Shown: positions 29,353 through 39,185, counted from the first letter of the stretch. The stretch: DNA of 64,000 nt from an uncultured delta proteobacterium (GCA_963816395.1 CAWFKQ010000005.1:334156-398155); one strand, 5' to 3'. Notes: generated from the sequence alone by a model not told the origin. Numbers and translations are program-made.

Positions 29353-31638
29353 CGGTCGAATATCCTTTCGAACCAGCCTTTGATCGACCTGCCCAGGGAG
29401 CCCGGCCCGCACGGTGCGGACTCCGTCGGCGCCGAGCCGGCAATGAACGGAATTTCGACGGCATCCCGACACCCCTTGCCGCTGCGCAGGCCCGATACCG
29501 GGTCGATCCAGACCCGTTCGATATTCTCCGGTTCGGGCAGGATCAGCGGCTCGGGGTTCAGGCCGGCCATCATGTCCCCCCAGACGGTCATGGCCCCGGA
29601 TGCCCCGGTCAGACCCGTCGACACATTGTCATCGCGTCCGACCCAGACCACGGCCAGTCGATCCTCGGTAAAGCCGGCGAACCAGCTGTCGCGAAAGTCG
29701 TCGGTGGTGCCGGTTTTTCCCGCGGCATCGAGCGCCGGCGGCAGATAACCAGCGAGCCCGCGCGCCGTCCCCTCGCGAACCACATCCTGCATGGCCGTGG
29801 TCAACAGGTAGAGAGGCGCCGGCTCGATGGTCTGCTCCACGTTGAGCGGATAGCGCTGCAGCGGTTCACCCTCGGCGGTCAGCACTGCCCGGATCGCCCG
29901 CAGCGGCGTGCGAAAACCGCCGCCGGCAATCGTCTGGTAAACTTGCGTAACCTCCAGGGGGGAAAGGGCGTTCGAACCGAGCAGGCTGGAGGCAAACTCC
30001 GGCAGATCACGGTCAATCCCGAGCCGCTGGAGGTTGGCCATCACCCGGGAGACGCCGAGGGACAGGCCGAGCCGCACCGTCGGCACGTTGTACGAGTTCG
30101 CCAGGGCGGCTTGCAGCGACACCTCGCCGTGGAATTCCTTATCGTAGTTCTGCGGTGCCCAGTCGCCGGTGCCTGCCTGCTGCAGAACCAGTGGGCTGTC
30201 GTCAAGCAGCGTCGCCAGGGTGTAGCTCTTCGGTTGCTCCAGGGCGGTGAGGTAGACGACCGGTTTAATCAGCGAGCCGATCGGTCTTTGGGCGTCGAGA
30301 GCGCGGTTGAACCCCTCGAAACGCGGGTCGCGCCCCCCCACCAGGGCCTGGACCTCGGCGTTCTGAGTGCTGGTGACAACCAGCGCGCCCTGCAGCGTGG
30401 CGGGCTTTATGGCGCGGTCCTTTTCCAGACGCGCCAGGCGCTTGCTCAAAGCGGTTTCGGCCGCGCGCTGCACCCGGGGATCCAGGGTGGTGAAAATCTG
30501 CAGTCCTTCTGAACGCAGATCCTGGTCGCGGTAGTCGCGCGTCAACTGGCGATACACCAGGTTCAGAAAGGCCGGATACGGAGAGGTGCCGCGGGGCGGC
30601 CTCTCGACCACGCCAAGGGGCGCCGCCTGGGCCGAACGCTCCTGCTCGGCGGTAATGACCCCCGCTTCGGCCATCTCCCCAAGGACGAGATTGCGCCGCT
30701 CCAGGGCGCGCTGCGGATGGCGGCGCGGGCTGAAATAGGTCGGCCCCTTGAGCATCCCCACCAGCAGGGCCGCCTCGGGGAGATCGAGATGGCTCAGAGG
30801 CTGATCGAAATAGAAGGGGGCCGCCAGACCGAATCCGTGAATCTCGCGGTTGCCGTCCTGCCCCAGGTAGACTTCATTGAGGTAGGTTTCGAGGATCTCG
30901 TCTTTGCGGTAATGGATCTCCAGCAGGACCGCCATCACCATTTCGGTGAGCTTTCGCTGCAGCGTGCGCTCGGCGGTCAGGTAGAAATTCTTGACGAGCT
31001 GCTGGGTCAGAGTGCTGCCGCCCTGCACGCTCTCGCCGCTTGCCGTCGCGAGGAGTGGCCCGAGCGATGCCCCGCGGATCGATGCCGTGGTGGGAATAGA
31101 ACCGGCGGTCCTCAACCGCGATCAGGGCATCGACCACCTGCCTGGGTACATCGGCGAGTTTTACCAGAACCCGATCTTCGTTTTTCCCGGGATAGATGCC
31201 GCCGATCAGGGCCGGGTCCAGGCGCACGAGCGGTAACGGTTTATCCCCGGCGAGAGCGCGCAGTGCTCTCACCTGGCCGTTCCCGAACTCGACGCGCAGC
31301 GATATCGCCTCCTGGGGACCGTCGGCGAAGACGAAGGGGCGCGTGACCAGATCCAGGGTGTCGTTGCTCCAGTGGTAAGTGCCAGGGGCCAGAGGATGCG
31401 GCGTCTCGCGGTAATCGAGCAGGGCGAGTTCCGTGTTCATTTCCGCAGGCCGCAGGCCCAGGCCCGGATACAGCTCCAGCGGCCGCGCATAGACCCGCGC
31501 CGGCAGCGCGAACCGCTTGCCCTCGAAGCGTGCCCGCACCGTGAAGTCCAGGTAGACTGTATAGATAGCGGCAAGGAGCAGTCCTGCCAGGGCAAAGAAT
31601 AGCAGAAATCTTATTTTCGGATGCCGGCGTTTAGCCAT
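29349..31638 (-). CDS. mrcB: Bifunctional penicillin-binding protein 1B-type (glycosyltransferase + transpeptidase), one apparent frameshift
   Basis: MAKRRHPKIRFLLFFALAG (TM)..EDRRFYSHHGIDPRGIA | ..GGSTLTQQLVKNFYL..RKLTEM.. (GT51), ..GSLIKPVVY (SxxK)..AGKTGTT (KTG). Change near 31056. Start at ATG 31638 (GGAAAG RBS); a TTG at 31695 is possible. Confidence 0.85.
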
Positions 31639-32170
31639 CGTCTTTCCTAGGTCCCGCAGGAGGCCCGTTTTCTTCCTTGAAAAGAATTCTGCCAAGCCGC
31701 TTCTCGGCCTGGACCCGGTGTTGCCGAAGCCTCAAAAGGCCTCAATCTACCACATTCGCTCTTTGATTCGAACACCTAGTTTTGTCCGTCCCCGCGATTG
31801 CTCCGCTTTTCCTCCGCTCATCAGAGGAGCCGGAAAAAGTTCCCTGTGGTTTTGGCAGATGCGAAAGCCAAGAAGCCGGCGGGGAGGTTCGAACGGACAC
31901 GCCGCAACAATCCGCCATGGAAGCTTGGGCGGCCGCCGCATTGTGTCACGGCCGGATGCGATACCGCTTATTTCTCAGCTTCTTGGGCCGACGTAGCGCC
32001 CCGGCGGACAGCTGGCAACTCATTTCGCAACTGTCCGGGTGCAAGGCGCGGGATTTGCACTCCCGTTCTGAGTCATGCCGACTGCAGACGATACCCGAAG
32101 ACCCTTCCATAGCTGCGAGAAATATTCCAGCAAGAAATGTTCCCTTTCCCAAATGCGGGCGCCGGTGCTT

Positions 32171-33167
32171 ATGTCAAGAATGAAGTTTCCCAGCAGTCTG
32201 ATTCTGTTAATAACGTGGGTCTGTTTACTGGCACCCGGTATCCCGGCCGAGGCGGCGGAAAGCGAGTTCGCCGCCTGGCTGGAGAATGTCCGCGTGGCGG
32301 CCCGTTCCGCCGGCATTTCGGAAAAAACCGTGCAGACCGCCCTGTCCGGCATCCAGGAGCCGCTCCCCCGGGTGGTCGATCTCGATCGGAAGCAGCCCGA
32401 GTCCCTGCAGAGCTTTGCGGATTACGTCGCGGCCCGGGCCAATGAGAAACGGATCGCCAAGGGGCGCAGGATGACTGCGCCGCTATCCGACCTGGCTGGG
32501 CAGGGTCGAACGAAAATACCGGGTACAGAGACGCTTCCTGGTGGCTCTGTGGGGGATCGAAACCAATTACGGCGAACACTCAGGCAGCTTCCCGGTCATC
32601 CAGTCCCTGGTCACCCTGGCCTATGACGAGCGCCGCGGCCCCTATTTTCGCAGGGAGCTGTTCGATGCTCTGCGGGTCCTCGACGCCGGCCACATTCCAT
32701 TGGAGCGCATGAAGGGCTCCTGGGCAGGGGCCATGGGTCAATGTCAGTTCATGCCCTCCTCTTTTCGCCGTTTTGCGGTCGATGCCGAAGGCAACCATCG
32801 CATCGACATCTGGGACTCGGTTCCCGACGTGCTGGCTTCGACCGCCAATTACCTGGCAAGTGCCGGATGGAAGGATGACCAGACCTGGGGGCGTCCGGTG
32901 CGGTTGCCAAAAAATTTCGATTTCTCCCTGGCCGGACTGGATACCCGTCTGCCGCTTTCTCGCTGGCAAGCCCTCGGGGTGCGGCGCAGCAACGGCCGCG
33001 CCCTGCCCCGGCGCAATCTCGAGGCCTCGCTGATCGCCCCCGAAGGCCCCGAGGGACCGGCCTACCTGGTGTATGACAATTTCCGGGTGCTTCTGGCCTG
33101 GAACCGATCCAAATCATTTGCAGTGGCGGTCGGGACTCTTGCCGACCGGGTTGCCGGCCGGAGATGA
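32171..33167 (+). CDS. Lytic murein transglycosylase (MltB/Slt-2-like), one apparent frameshift
   Basis: MSRMKFPSSLILLITWVCLLAPGIPAEA (signal)..EKRIAKGRRM | ..RRFLVALWGIETNYGEHSG..GAMGQCQFMPSSF..DVLASTANYL..; change near 32475. Confidence 0.8.
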
Positions 33168-33184
33168 CAGGGGTCACACCCGGT

Positions 33185-33510
33185 TCACACCTGCACTACC
33201 AGGTCGGAATAGGCCGCCAGCGGCCGATCGGCAGTGAGAAAAAAGAGAGGTTCCGTCATGGCCTGGGCGCGCAGGATGCGGTCGAAGAGTCCTTGTGGTC
33301 CGCTACCCGGACGAGTGCTGCGGCATGCTCCGGGGTAACGGCGAGTGACTCGAAACCGCTTTCGCCGATCCCCCGGAGCAGCTCGTCCGGCTCGGCTTGC
33401 AGCTTGCCGATCCCGATCTTATGACCGATTCCCAGATGGAAGCGGCGCTGACGAAGACCGCCTCGGCGTTCATGATCCGCTCCCGAGCGGTAGTGGAAAT
33501 CATCCGCGCT
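33185..33510 (-). pseudogene. PIN-domain (VapC-type) toxin lacking its N-terminal motif and carrying frame changes
   Basis: Minus strand reads ..ISTTARERIMNAEAVFVSAASIWE.. | ..IGKLQAEPDELLRGIGESGFESLAVTPEHAAALVRVADHKD | FDRILRAQAMTEPLFFLTADRPLAAYSDLVVQV*. No LLDTH-type N-terminus exists upstream on this strand. Confidence 0.6.
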
Positions 33511-33524
33511 TTCGAGGGTGCCGC

Positions 33525-33629
33525 ATGAGGCTGCTTCTCGACACCCATGTCTATCTCTGGTGGCTCGGCGATTCTCCTGTACTCACCTGTCTCGCGTCGC
33601 AGGTTCGTCGCACTGAAAGTCGCGATTAA
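33525..33629 (+). pseudogene. 34-codon fragment carrying a PIN-toxin N-terminal signature, head-to-head with the minus-strand PIN remnant
   Basis: ATG 33525: MRLLLDTHVYLWWLGDSPVLT.. then stop at 33627; it abuts the stop of the convergent yjdF-like gene. Confidence 0.5.
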
Positions 33630-34264
33630 CTTCCCGGTTCCGAGGAACACGCTTGAAGGCCCCGGATCTGGTGGTCGTGAAGGCGCGAGAAGAGCAGCAG
33701 GGCCGCTGATGCCCCGATAAGGGCGAAGAGCATGTCCGACTGGGTGTCCCAGGGATCTCCCTGCGTCCCCAGAAACGCATCGGCGCCCTGCCCGAGCCCG
33801 ACGGCGGCCGCCCATTCGATGAGCTCGTATGCGGCGCTGATCGCCATAACGATGCAGATCACGATGAAGGCGAGCATTTTTCTGCCGCGCACGTACTGAC
33901 CGCGGATGAGGATCTCCCGGGCGACCAGGGCGGGGACGAGGCCCTGGAAGAAGTGGCCGATCTTGTCGTAGGGATTGCGGTCGAGATCGAAAAGGTCGGC
34001 AAGGTAGAAACCGAGGGGCACCCTGGCATAACTGTAGGCCCCGCCATCAATGAGCACCACGGCATGCAGGAAGATGAAAGCATAGAGCAGACCGGTCAGC
34101 GGAAACCGGCGCCAGGTCGCCCACAGGATGGGCAGAGCGATGAACACCGGGAAAACCTCCAGCAGCCAGGTCGTGCGGTCATAGGGGTGGGCGCCGGAGA
34201 GCGCCAGCAGGCCCAGCAGAGCAACGGAGGCAAGGGCCAGGAATTGCGGGCGGGTTATCGACAT
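33626..34264 (-). CDS. YjdF/DUF2238-like inner membrane protein
   Basis: ATG 34264: MSITRPQFLALASVALLGLL.. with ..DLDRNPYDKIGHFFQGLVPALV.. (family pattern from memory); intact, about 212 aa. Confidence 0.6.
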   Translation of the reverse strand: MSITRPQFLALASVALLGLLALSGAHPYDRTTWLLEVFPVFIALPILWATWRRFPLTGLLYAFIFLHAVVLIDGGAYSYARVPLGFYLADLFDLDRNPYDKIGHFFQGLVPALVAREILIRGQYVRGRKMLAFIVICIVMAISAAYELIEWAAAVGLGQGADAFLGTQGDPWDTQSDMLFALIGASAALLLFSRLHDHQIRGLQACSSEPGS

Positions 34265-34319
34265 ATGCGGACCCTCCTGTATCTGGGGTTTTCTTTCGCG
34301 CTTCAAGGCGGGCACGGGT

Positions 34320-34607
34320 CATCCGTTCCCGAAGCCAAAGGCGTTCCCTGTCGTTCTCAGCGAGAGTGTCTCTCAGGTAGTCAGCGGCAAGTTTCTTGAT
34401 CTGAGTTGCTGTCATTATTCCTGGCCTCATCAAAGCGAAAGTTCTCTCGGAGCGTTCGAGGTGTCTGGAGAAGTGAAGCCTTGCTTGCTTGCGGTCGGTA
34501 GTCTTCAGGGACTTCCTGATGTCAGACCTTGGGAACCACTGGGACAAGTCGGAGGGGATTTTAACTCTCAGGTAAAAGACACCGCTTCGCTGCTGCAAGT
34601 ATGGCAT
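34320..34607 (-). pseudogene. N-terminal fragment (~95 codons) of a tyrosine recombinase / phage-type integrase; catalytic domain absent
   Basis: MPYLQQRSGVFYLRVKIPSDLSQWFPRSDIRKSLKTTDRKQARLHFSRHLE.. is a typical integrase N-terminal arm-binding region. The ORF then degenerates and runs into the yjdF-like gene. Lies 100 bp from the tmRNA 3-prime end. Confidence 0.65.
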
Positions 34608-34612
34608 AGAAA

Positions 34613-34666
34613 AGCCTCTCTAGTGTAACCCTCTGGGGGTCCAGTTGGGGTCACACTTGAGAGGCT
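34613..34666 (-). terminator. Hairpin plus U-tract downstream of ssrA
   Basis: Arms 34613..34630 and 34649..34666 (agcctctcaagtgtgacc / ggttacactagagaggct on the minus strand, 16/18 bp), followed by CUUUUCU. Confidence 0.55.
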
Positions 34667-34707
34667 CGGCTATGGAAACCAACGTAACTATCTGATTTCC
34701 TTCGATT

Positions 34708-35063
34708 TGGTGGAGGTGGCGGGAATCGAACCCGCGTCCGAACGTCTTTCACGTAAGGCTTCTACATGCTTAGTCTGTATATTGGATTTAACCCGCCGGA
34801 GCTCCCACAGACAGGATATCCGACGGGCGATTCTGCTTTATTTCGCCCCGGCACCGCAGACCCTTGCCGGGACTAGCCCACTAAATTGACGTCTCAGGCC
34901 CTACGCGGGCGATAGAACATGAGACGTGACGGCAATTAAGCCGCCAGTGCGTACTGAACGTCGTTGTCGGCGTTTGTGTTTGTGCCAGTTTTTTAACGAG
35001 GCCAACTGGCGTCCCCGGCATGCCACCTTCGCTTCCGACCTCCGTCGAAACCAGGTCACCCCC
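34708..35063 (-). ncRNA. ssrA: tmRNA (SsrA)
   Basis: Minus strand: 5-prime GGGGGUGACCUGGUUUCGACGG.., tag reading frame GCC GAC AAC GAC GUU CAG UAC GCA CUG GCG GCU UAA = ADNDVQYALAA* (34936..34971), 3-prime tRNA-like end ..GGACGCGGGUUCGAUUCCCGCCACCUCCACCA. smpB is adjacent. Confidence 0.95.
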
Positions 35064-35159
35064 CTTGAATCAGGTCCAAAATTCGCAGTGCAAAGTTGAA
35101 AAGCTATAACCGACTTCTTTTATAAACTATTTTCGTCGGAAAATCAAGGGTTTTTGGGT

Positions 35160-35621
35160 CTATTCCTGGTATTTTCCCTTGATGATTTTCCCCATCTCAC
35201 GCGCCGCCTCTTTCTGCTTGAGGGACTCGCGCTTATCGTGCAGCTGCTTGCCGCGGGCGACGCCGATTTCCAGCTTGGCCCGGTTTTCCTTGAAATAGAG
35301 TTTGGTGGGGACGAGGGAAAAGCCGCGCTCCTCAACCTTGCGGTACAGCTTGCCGATTTCCTCCCGGTGCAGCAGCAGCTTGCGCATCCGCGTCGGATCG
35401 GCGGGATTCTCCCGGCTCCCCTGCTCGTAGGGGCTGATGTGCATGTTGTTGATGAAGACTTCGCCATTTTTGATCCGGCAGAACGATTCCTTGAGGTTGA
35501 CTTTACCGTCGCGCACCGATTTCACCTCGGTGCCGGTCAACATCAGACCGGCCTCGTATACCTCGTCGATAAAGAAGTCGTGATAGGCCTTCTTGTTGGT
35601 GGCGATGATTTTAATGCCCAT
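35160..35621 (-). CDS. smpB: SsrA-binding protein SmpB
   Basis: Intact 153 aa; [35 protein letters not shown].. Confidence 0.95.
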   Translation of the reverse strand: MGIKIIATNKKAYHDFFIDEVYEAGLMLTGTEVKSVRDGKVNLKESFCRIKNGEVFINNMHISPYEQGSRENPADPTRMRKLLLHREEIGKLYRKVEERGFSLVPTKLYFKENRAKLEIGVARGKQLHDKRESLKQKEAAREMGKIIKGKYQE

Positions 35622-36087
35622 TCTGCAGGTCCGCGACGAAGGTCTCGTCTTCGGGTAGGATTTCGGTGATCCGCGGCATGTAGTTTTCCCGCGGCAGCGC
35701 CCGGGTGCCGACGCGAATGATTAGAAAAGCGCCGACGAGAAAGGCTGAGCCGAAAATAGCCGAAAGGAGGTTGGGATTGAGACCGGTATCCAGTCTCTCC
35801 CCTAGCACCTGCCCGATGATGCCGCCGATGACCAAGGAGATCAGCGGGACGATATACAGCATAAAGGAAGATTTCAGGAAGCTCTTGGAACTGGTCACCA
35901 CCCGCACCTTGTCCCCCACCTTGGCGCCGATGACGTTATGCGCTTCGACCAGCATGGAGCGATTGTCGTTTCCCACCTGGCAGCTTTCCATTGAAGCACA
36001 GTGGTTGCAGAAACTGCCTTTCTGGCAAAGGACGACGGCGGTGGATTTCCCCTTCAGTTCGACCACGCTGCCGGTTTCAACGATCAT
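35611..36087 (-). CDS. rseC: RseC/MucC-family (SoxR-reducing system) membrane protein
   Basis: Intact 158 aa; Cys-containing N-terminal domain (..[20 protein letters not shown]..) followed by two TM helices. Confidence 0.7.
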   Translation of the reverse strand: MIVETGSVVELKGKSTAVVLCQKGSFCNHCASMESCQVGNDNRSMLVEAHNVIGAKVGDKVRVVTSSKSFLKSSFMLYIVPLISLVIGGIIGQVLGERLDTGLNPNLLSAIFGSAFLVGAFLIIRVGTRALPRENYMPRITEILPEDETFVADLQNGH

Positions 36088-36189
36088 GCGCCACCTGCCC
36101 TTCCCTGTTTTGCATTTTTAGTATAACAGAGCCGATTCCCCGCCGTCACGACCCAGGCGTAAGTTTCCGATTGTAAAGGCGATGGGGTT

Positions 36190-37458
36190 TTAATGCAAGA
36201 CTTCGCGGCCGGCCAGGTAAAGAAATCGCACCTCAGCGGTGCGCCCGGGGCTGCAGAGGAATTCCTCCAGATCCTGGCGAAGCGGCAGTGACGGCGGAAC
36301 CAGCACCTGGAAATGCGCGCCCAGTCCCGGAGTGAGCTGCCCCATCTCCTTTTCCAGGCCGAGGGCCTGTGCGCCGCCGCGGGTGGCGACGGCCAGCCAG
36401 GCGGCCGGATCGAGAGCACCGGCAAACCAGCTGCAGGCAAAGGCGAGTTCATCCCAGACCGACAGAGAATCGTTGCTGGCGCGGCTGTCGGTGCCGAGGG
36501 CGAGGGTCACCCCGGCCTGCCGGTACATCTCAACCGGTGCCCGCCCCACGCTCAGCCGGTTATTGGAGCGCGGGCAGAGGACCACCGCCGCCCCGACCTG
36601 GGCCAGACGGTCGGCCTCGGCCGCCGTCACCTGCACCCCATGCGCCAGCAGGACCCCATTTTTCAGCCCGCCGCGCTCCGCGAGATAAGCGACCGGCGAG
36701 AGACCGGCAGGCGGCGGCACCAGATCCCCCCAGCCAACGAAAGGGTAGAGTTCCTCAGCTATTGCCCCCGTACCGGTAGCGAAAAAATCGACCTCGGCAG
36801 CCGATTCCGCCAGATGAATAGTCAAGGGACTCCGGTGCCGGCGGGCGGTGGCAAACACTTCTTCCAGATAGTCGGGAGAGAGGCTATAGGGGGAGTGCGG
36901 AGCGAAGCCGTAAGTCATCTCCCCGACCAGCCTCTTACGGAGGATTTCCTCGATGGCGATGAGGACCTGCCGGTTGGTCCCGGGGTCCTGTCCCAGGGTT
37001 TCCAGGAAAATCCGCCCGCGCAGAGGAGTGCCGGCATAAGCCTTGCGGGCCGGGAAATAGGACAGGATATCTCCCACGGCACCGGTGCCGGCAGCCAGTG
37101 ATGCGGCAATCCCTGCCGCTACCGAAAGGTGGAAGCGCTCCCCGGAAACCTGCCGCTTGACCCGGATAACCTGGCGTATCCAGTCGACAAAGGAGGTCGC
37201 CCGGGCAGTGACGCCGGCGGATCTTGCCCACTGGGGGAAATGAGTGAGTTCGAGGTGGGTGTGGGCATTTACCAGCGGCGGCAGCAGCACGGCCTCGCCG
37301 AAATCGACGACGGCGGCGCCGGCTGAGGCGGTCCGCACTTCCAGCCACGGGCCGACGGCGGCGAGTCTCCCCGCCTGCACCAGCAGTGCGCCGTCCTCGA
37401 TAGCAGGCCTACCGATGGGAAGCAGATAGCGGGCGCGGAAGAGTCTGGCTTCTGGCAT
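36190..37458 (-). CDS. Amidohydrolase-superfamily protein (chlorohydrolase / nucleoside-deaminase-like)
   Basis: ATG 37458: MPEARLFRARYLLPIGRPAIEDGALLV..LLPPLVNAHTHLELTHF (HxH)..TIHLAES..LGTDSRASN.. Confidence 0.7.
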   Translation of the reverse strand: MPEARLFRARYLLPIGRPAIEDGALLVQAGRLAAVGPWLEVRTASAGAAVVDFGEAVLLPPLVNAHTHLELTHFPQWARSAGVTARATSFVDWIRQVIRVKRQVSGERFHLSVAAGIAASLAAGTGAVGDILSYFPARKAYAGTPLRGRIFLETLGQDPGTNRQVLIAIEEILRKRLVGEMTYGFAPHSPYSLSPDYLEEVFATARRHRSPLTIHLAESAAEVDFFATGTGAIAEELYPFVGWGDLVPPPAGLSPVAYLAERGGLKNGVLLAHGVQVTAAEADRLAQVGAAVVLCPRSNNRLSVGRAPVEMYRQAGVTLALGTDSRASNDSLSVWDELAFACSWFAGALDPAAWLAVATRGGAQALGLEKEMGQLTPGLGAHFQVLVPPSLPLRQDLEEFLCSPGRTAEVRFLYLAGREVLH

Positions 37459-37493
37459 CTGTTCTAATGGAACCTCGATGGCCCAGGGGCAGA

Positions 37494-39173
37494 TCAGCTC
37501 GCCCTGGCACAAGCTGGTGTTGAAGGGGGAGTGGCAGAGCCCGAACAGAGGCTCTCGATCTGCTGCAGCAGATTGCGGATCTCCGGTTGCTGGACAATGG
37601 CGCACTGCTCGGCGAGGACGGCCGCCAGAATCTCATCCGTGGTCAGGGGATTGGCCAGAACGACCCGCAGGACGGAAATTTCCTGGCCATAAGCAGCCAC
37701 CCGGAGCCGCGTCCTGGAAACGAAAGTCTGCCCTGCTTCCCGCTGGTACTTCTGCAACAGCTGATTGCCCTGGTCGAGAAAGGCATTGATGCACGCGGCC
37801 TGTTCCGCCGTCGCTTGGGCCAACTGCTGCTGCACGGCCAACGGACAGTAGCGGTAAGTGAGGATGTTCAGTTCAGGTGCACTCGTGAGTTCAAAGTCCG
37901 GATGCTGCCGCACCATTTCGGCAAAAGTCCGGGCCCGCTCGATCCCCATGTTTATGAGAAGCTCGTACCCTTTGCGGCCGATGATCGACAGGCCGGCATG
38001 AACCAGCATCGCCTTCCCCGGTCGCGAGCCCTCGAGGGTATGGCTGCCGAGGTCCTTGGAGCCATGGCGCAGGATATACGCGGCGTGGTGCTCAATAGCC
38101 GAAACCGCGGTTGGGTCCTTGAAGACGACCATCCCCGCTCCCATCGGCACATAGAGCTGCTTGTGGGCATCGATGGTGACCGAGTCGGCCCGCTCGATGC
38201 CGGCCAGGAGATGGCGATGGCGGTCGGAAAACAGGGTCGGCCCCCCCCAGGCAGCGTCGACATGGAAATGGCAGCCGAGTTCGGCGGCGAGGTCCGCCAA
38301 CGCCTCCAGAGGATCGACGTTGCCGGTTTCGGTCGTTCCGGCAATACCGATGAGCGCCATGGGCCGAATATTCGCGTCCCGCAGCCGGGCGCATTCTTCT
38401 CTCAGTTTCTTCAGATCGATGCGGCTCTCGGCATCGGTGTCAACCATAACCAGGTTGTCTCGGCCGAGGCCGAGGAGGTCCGCAGCCTTGCCAAAGGAGT
38501 AGTGCCCCCGCCGGGAAACCAGGACGGCGATTCCTTCGCAACGCAGATGCTTCAGCCCCCGGGCCAGTCCCTCCTGGGCGATGCCGCGAAACTGCCCATC
38601 CGGGGCGAAGAGGCGGTTGCGCGCTACCCAAAGAGCGGTCAAGTTGGCGATGGTGCCGCCGGAGCAGAAAGCCCCGAGGGCATGCCGGCTGTCATGAATC
38701 CAATGGTCGTAGAAAGCGTCGTCCCCCCGGTAGACCAGACGGTGGAGCATGGCCAGCACCTGGCGTTCCATCGGCGTGAAGGACTTGGACGTTTCCACCT
38801 TGACCAGATTCTGGTTGAGGGCGATCATGATCCGCGACAGCGGCAGCATGAAATAGGGGAGCGCCGAGGTCATGTGGCCGATGAATCCGGGGGCGGCGGT
38901 ATGCACGGAATGCGCGACCAGCTTCTCCTTGATGAACTCGGTGTACTCGGAGACGAAGGTCGGTTCCTCGGGGATGGCGGAGGCGGAGAAATCAACCTCG
39001 ATCTCCTCAACCTGGCGCTTCAGGGCGACGATGTGGGTCTGCAGGAAACCGGCTACATCGCCGCTGATGGCCTGATCAATGGCCCCGAGTGTCGAATTGG
39101 GCGCCTCGGGGACGGTAAAGATCCGGTAGAGATTCTCCAGGTTGGCGCGAGCTGTCTCCCTGTTCTTTGACAT
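37494..39173 (-). CDS. Group II PLP-dependent decarboxylase, candidate PLP-dependent aspartate 1-decarboxylase (PanP-like) by position next to panC-panB
   Basis: Intact 559 aa; ..FCSGGTIANLTALWVARN.., ..SVTIDAHKQLYVPMGAG.. (PLP Lys). Immediately upstream of panC and panB; no pyruvoyl-type panD in the window. Confidence 0.65.
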   Translation of the reverse strand: MSKNRETARANLENLYRIFTVPEAPNSTLGAIDQAISGDVAGFLQTHIVALKRQVEEIEVDFSASAIPEEPTFVSEYTEFIKEKLVAHSVHTAAPGFIGHMTSALPYFMLPLSRIMIALNQNLVKVETSKSFTPMERQVLAMLHRLVYRGDDAFYDHWIHDSRHALGAFCSGGTIANLTALWVARNRLFAPDGQFRGIAQEGLARGLKHLRCEGIAVLVSRRGHYSFGKAADLLGLGRDNLVMVDTDAESRIDLKKLREECARLRDANIRPMALIGIAGTTETGNVDPLEALADLAAELGCHFHVDAAWGGPTLFSDRHRHLLAGIERADSVTIDAHKQLYVPMGAGMVVFKDPTAVSAIEHHAAYILRHGSKDLGSHTLEGSRPGKAMLVHAGLSIIGRKGYELLINMGIERARTFAEMVRQHPDFELTSAPELNILTYRYCPLAVQQQLAQATAEQAACINAFLDQGNQLLQKYQREAGQTFVSRTRLRVAAYGQEISVLRVVLANPLTTDEILAAVLAEQCAIVQQPEIRNLLQQIESLCSGSATPPSTPACARAS

Positions 39174-39185
39174 CGTCTGGTGGCC

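Noticed and set aside
31760-31900. tRNA-like GGTTCGAA / GATTCGAAC motifs, considered as a tRNA gene or an att-site copy of the ssrA 3-prime end
   Set aside because: The flanking bases do not form a T-stem or an acceptor stem, and there is no extended identity to the ssrA 3-prime end.
31840-31900. GATGCGAAAGCC resembling the GACGCAAAGCC core of c-di-GMP-I (GEMM) riboswitches
   Set aside because: The core has an extra base, and the expected GGCAAA / GNRA-tetraloop hairpin partners are not present nearby.
33349-33528. Plus-strand ORF ending ..VVEIIRAFEGAA* as a VapB-type antitoxin
   Set aside because: There is no recognisable antitoxin N-terminal domain. It is antisense to the well-conserved PIN core motif (VSAASIWE), so at most one of the two can be real. 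It is mentioned only inside the PIN finding.
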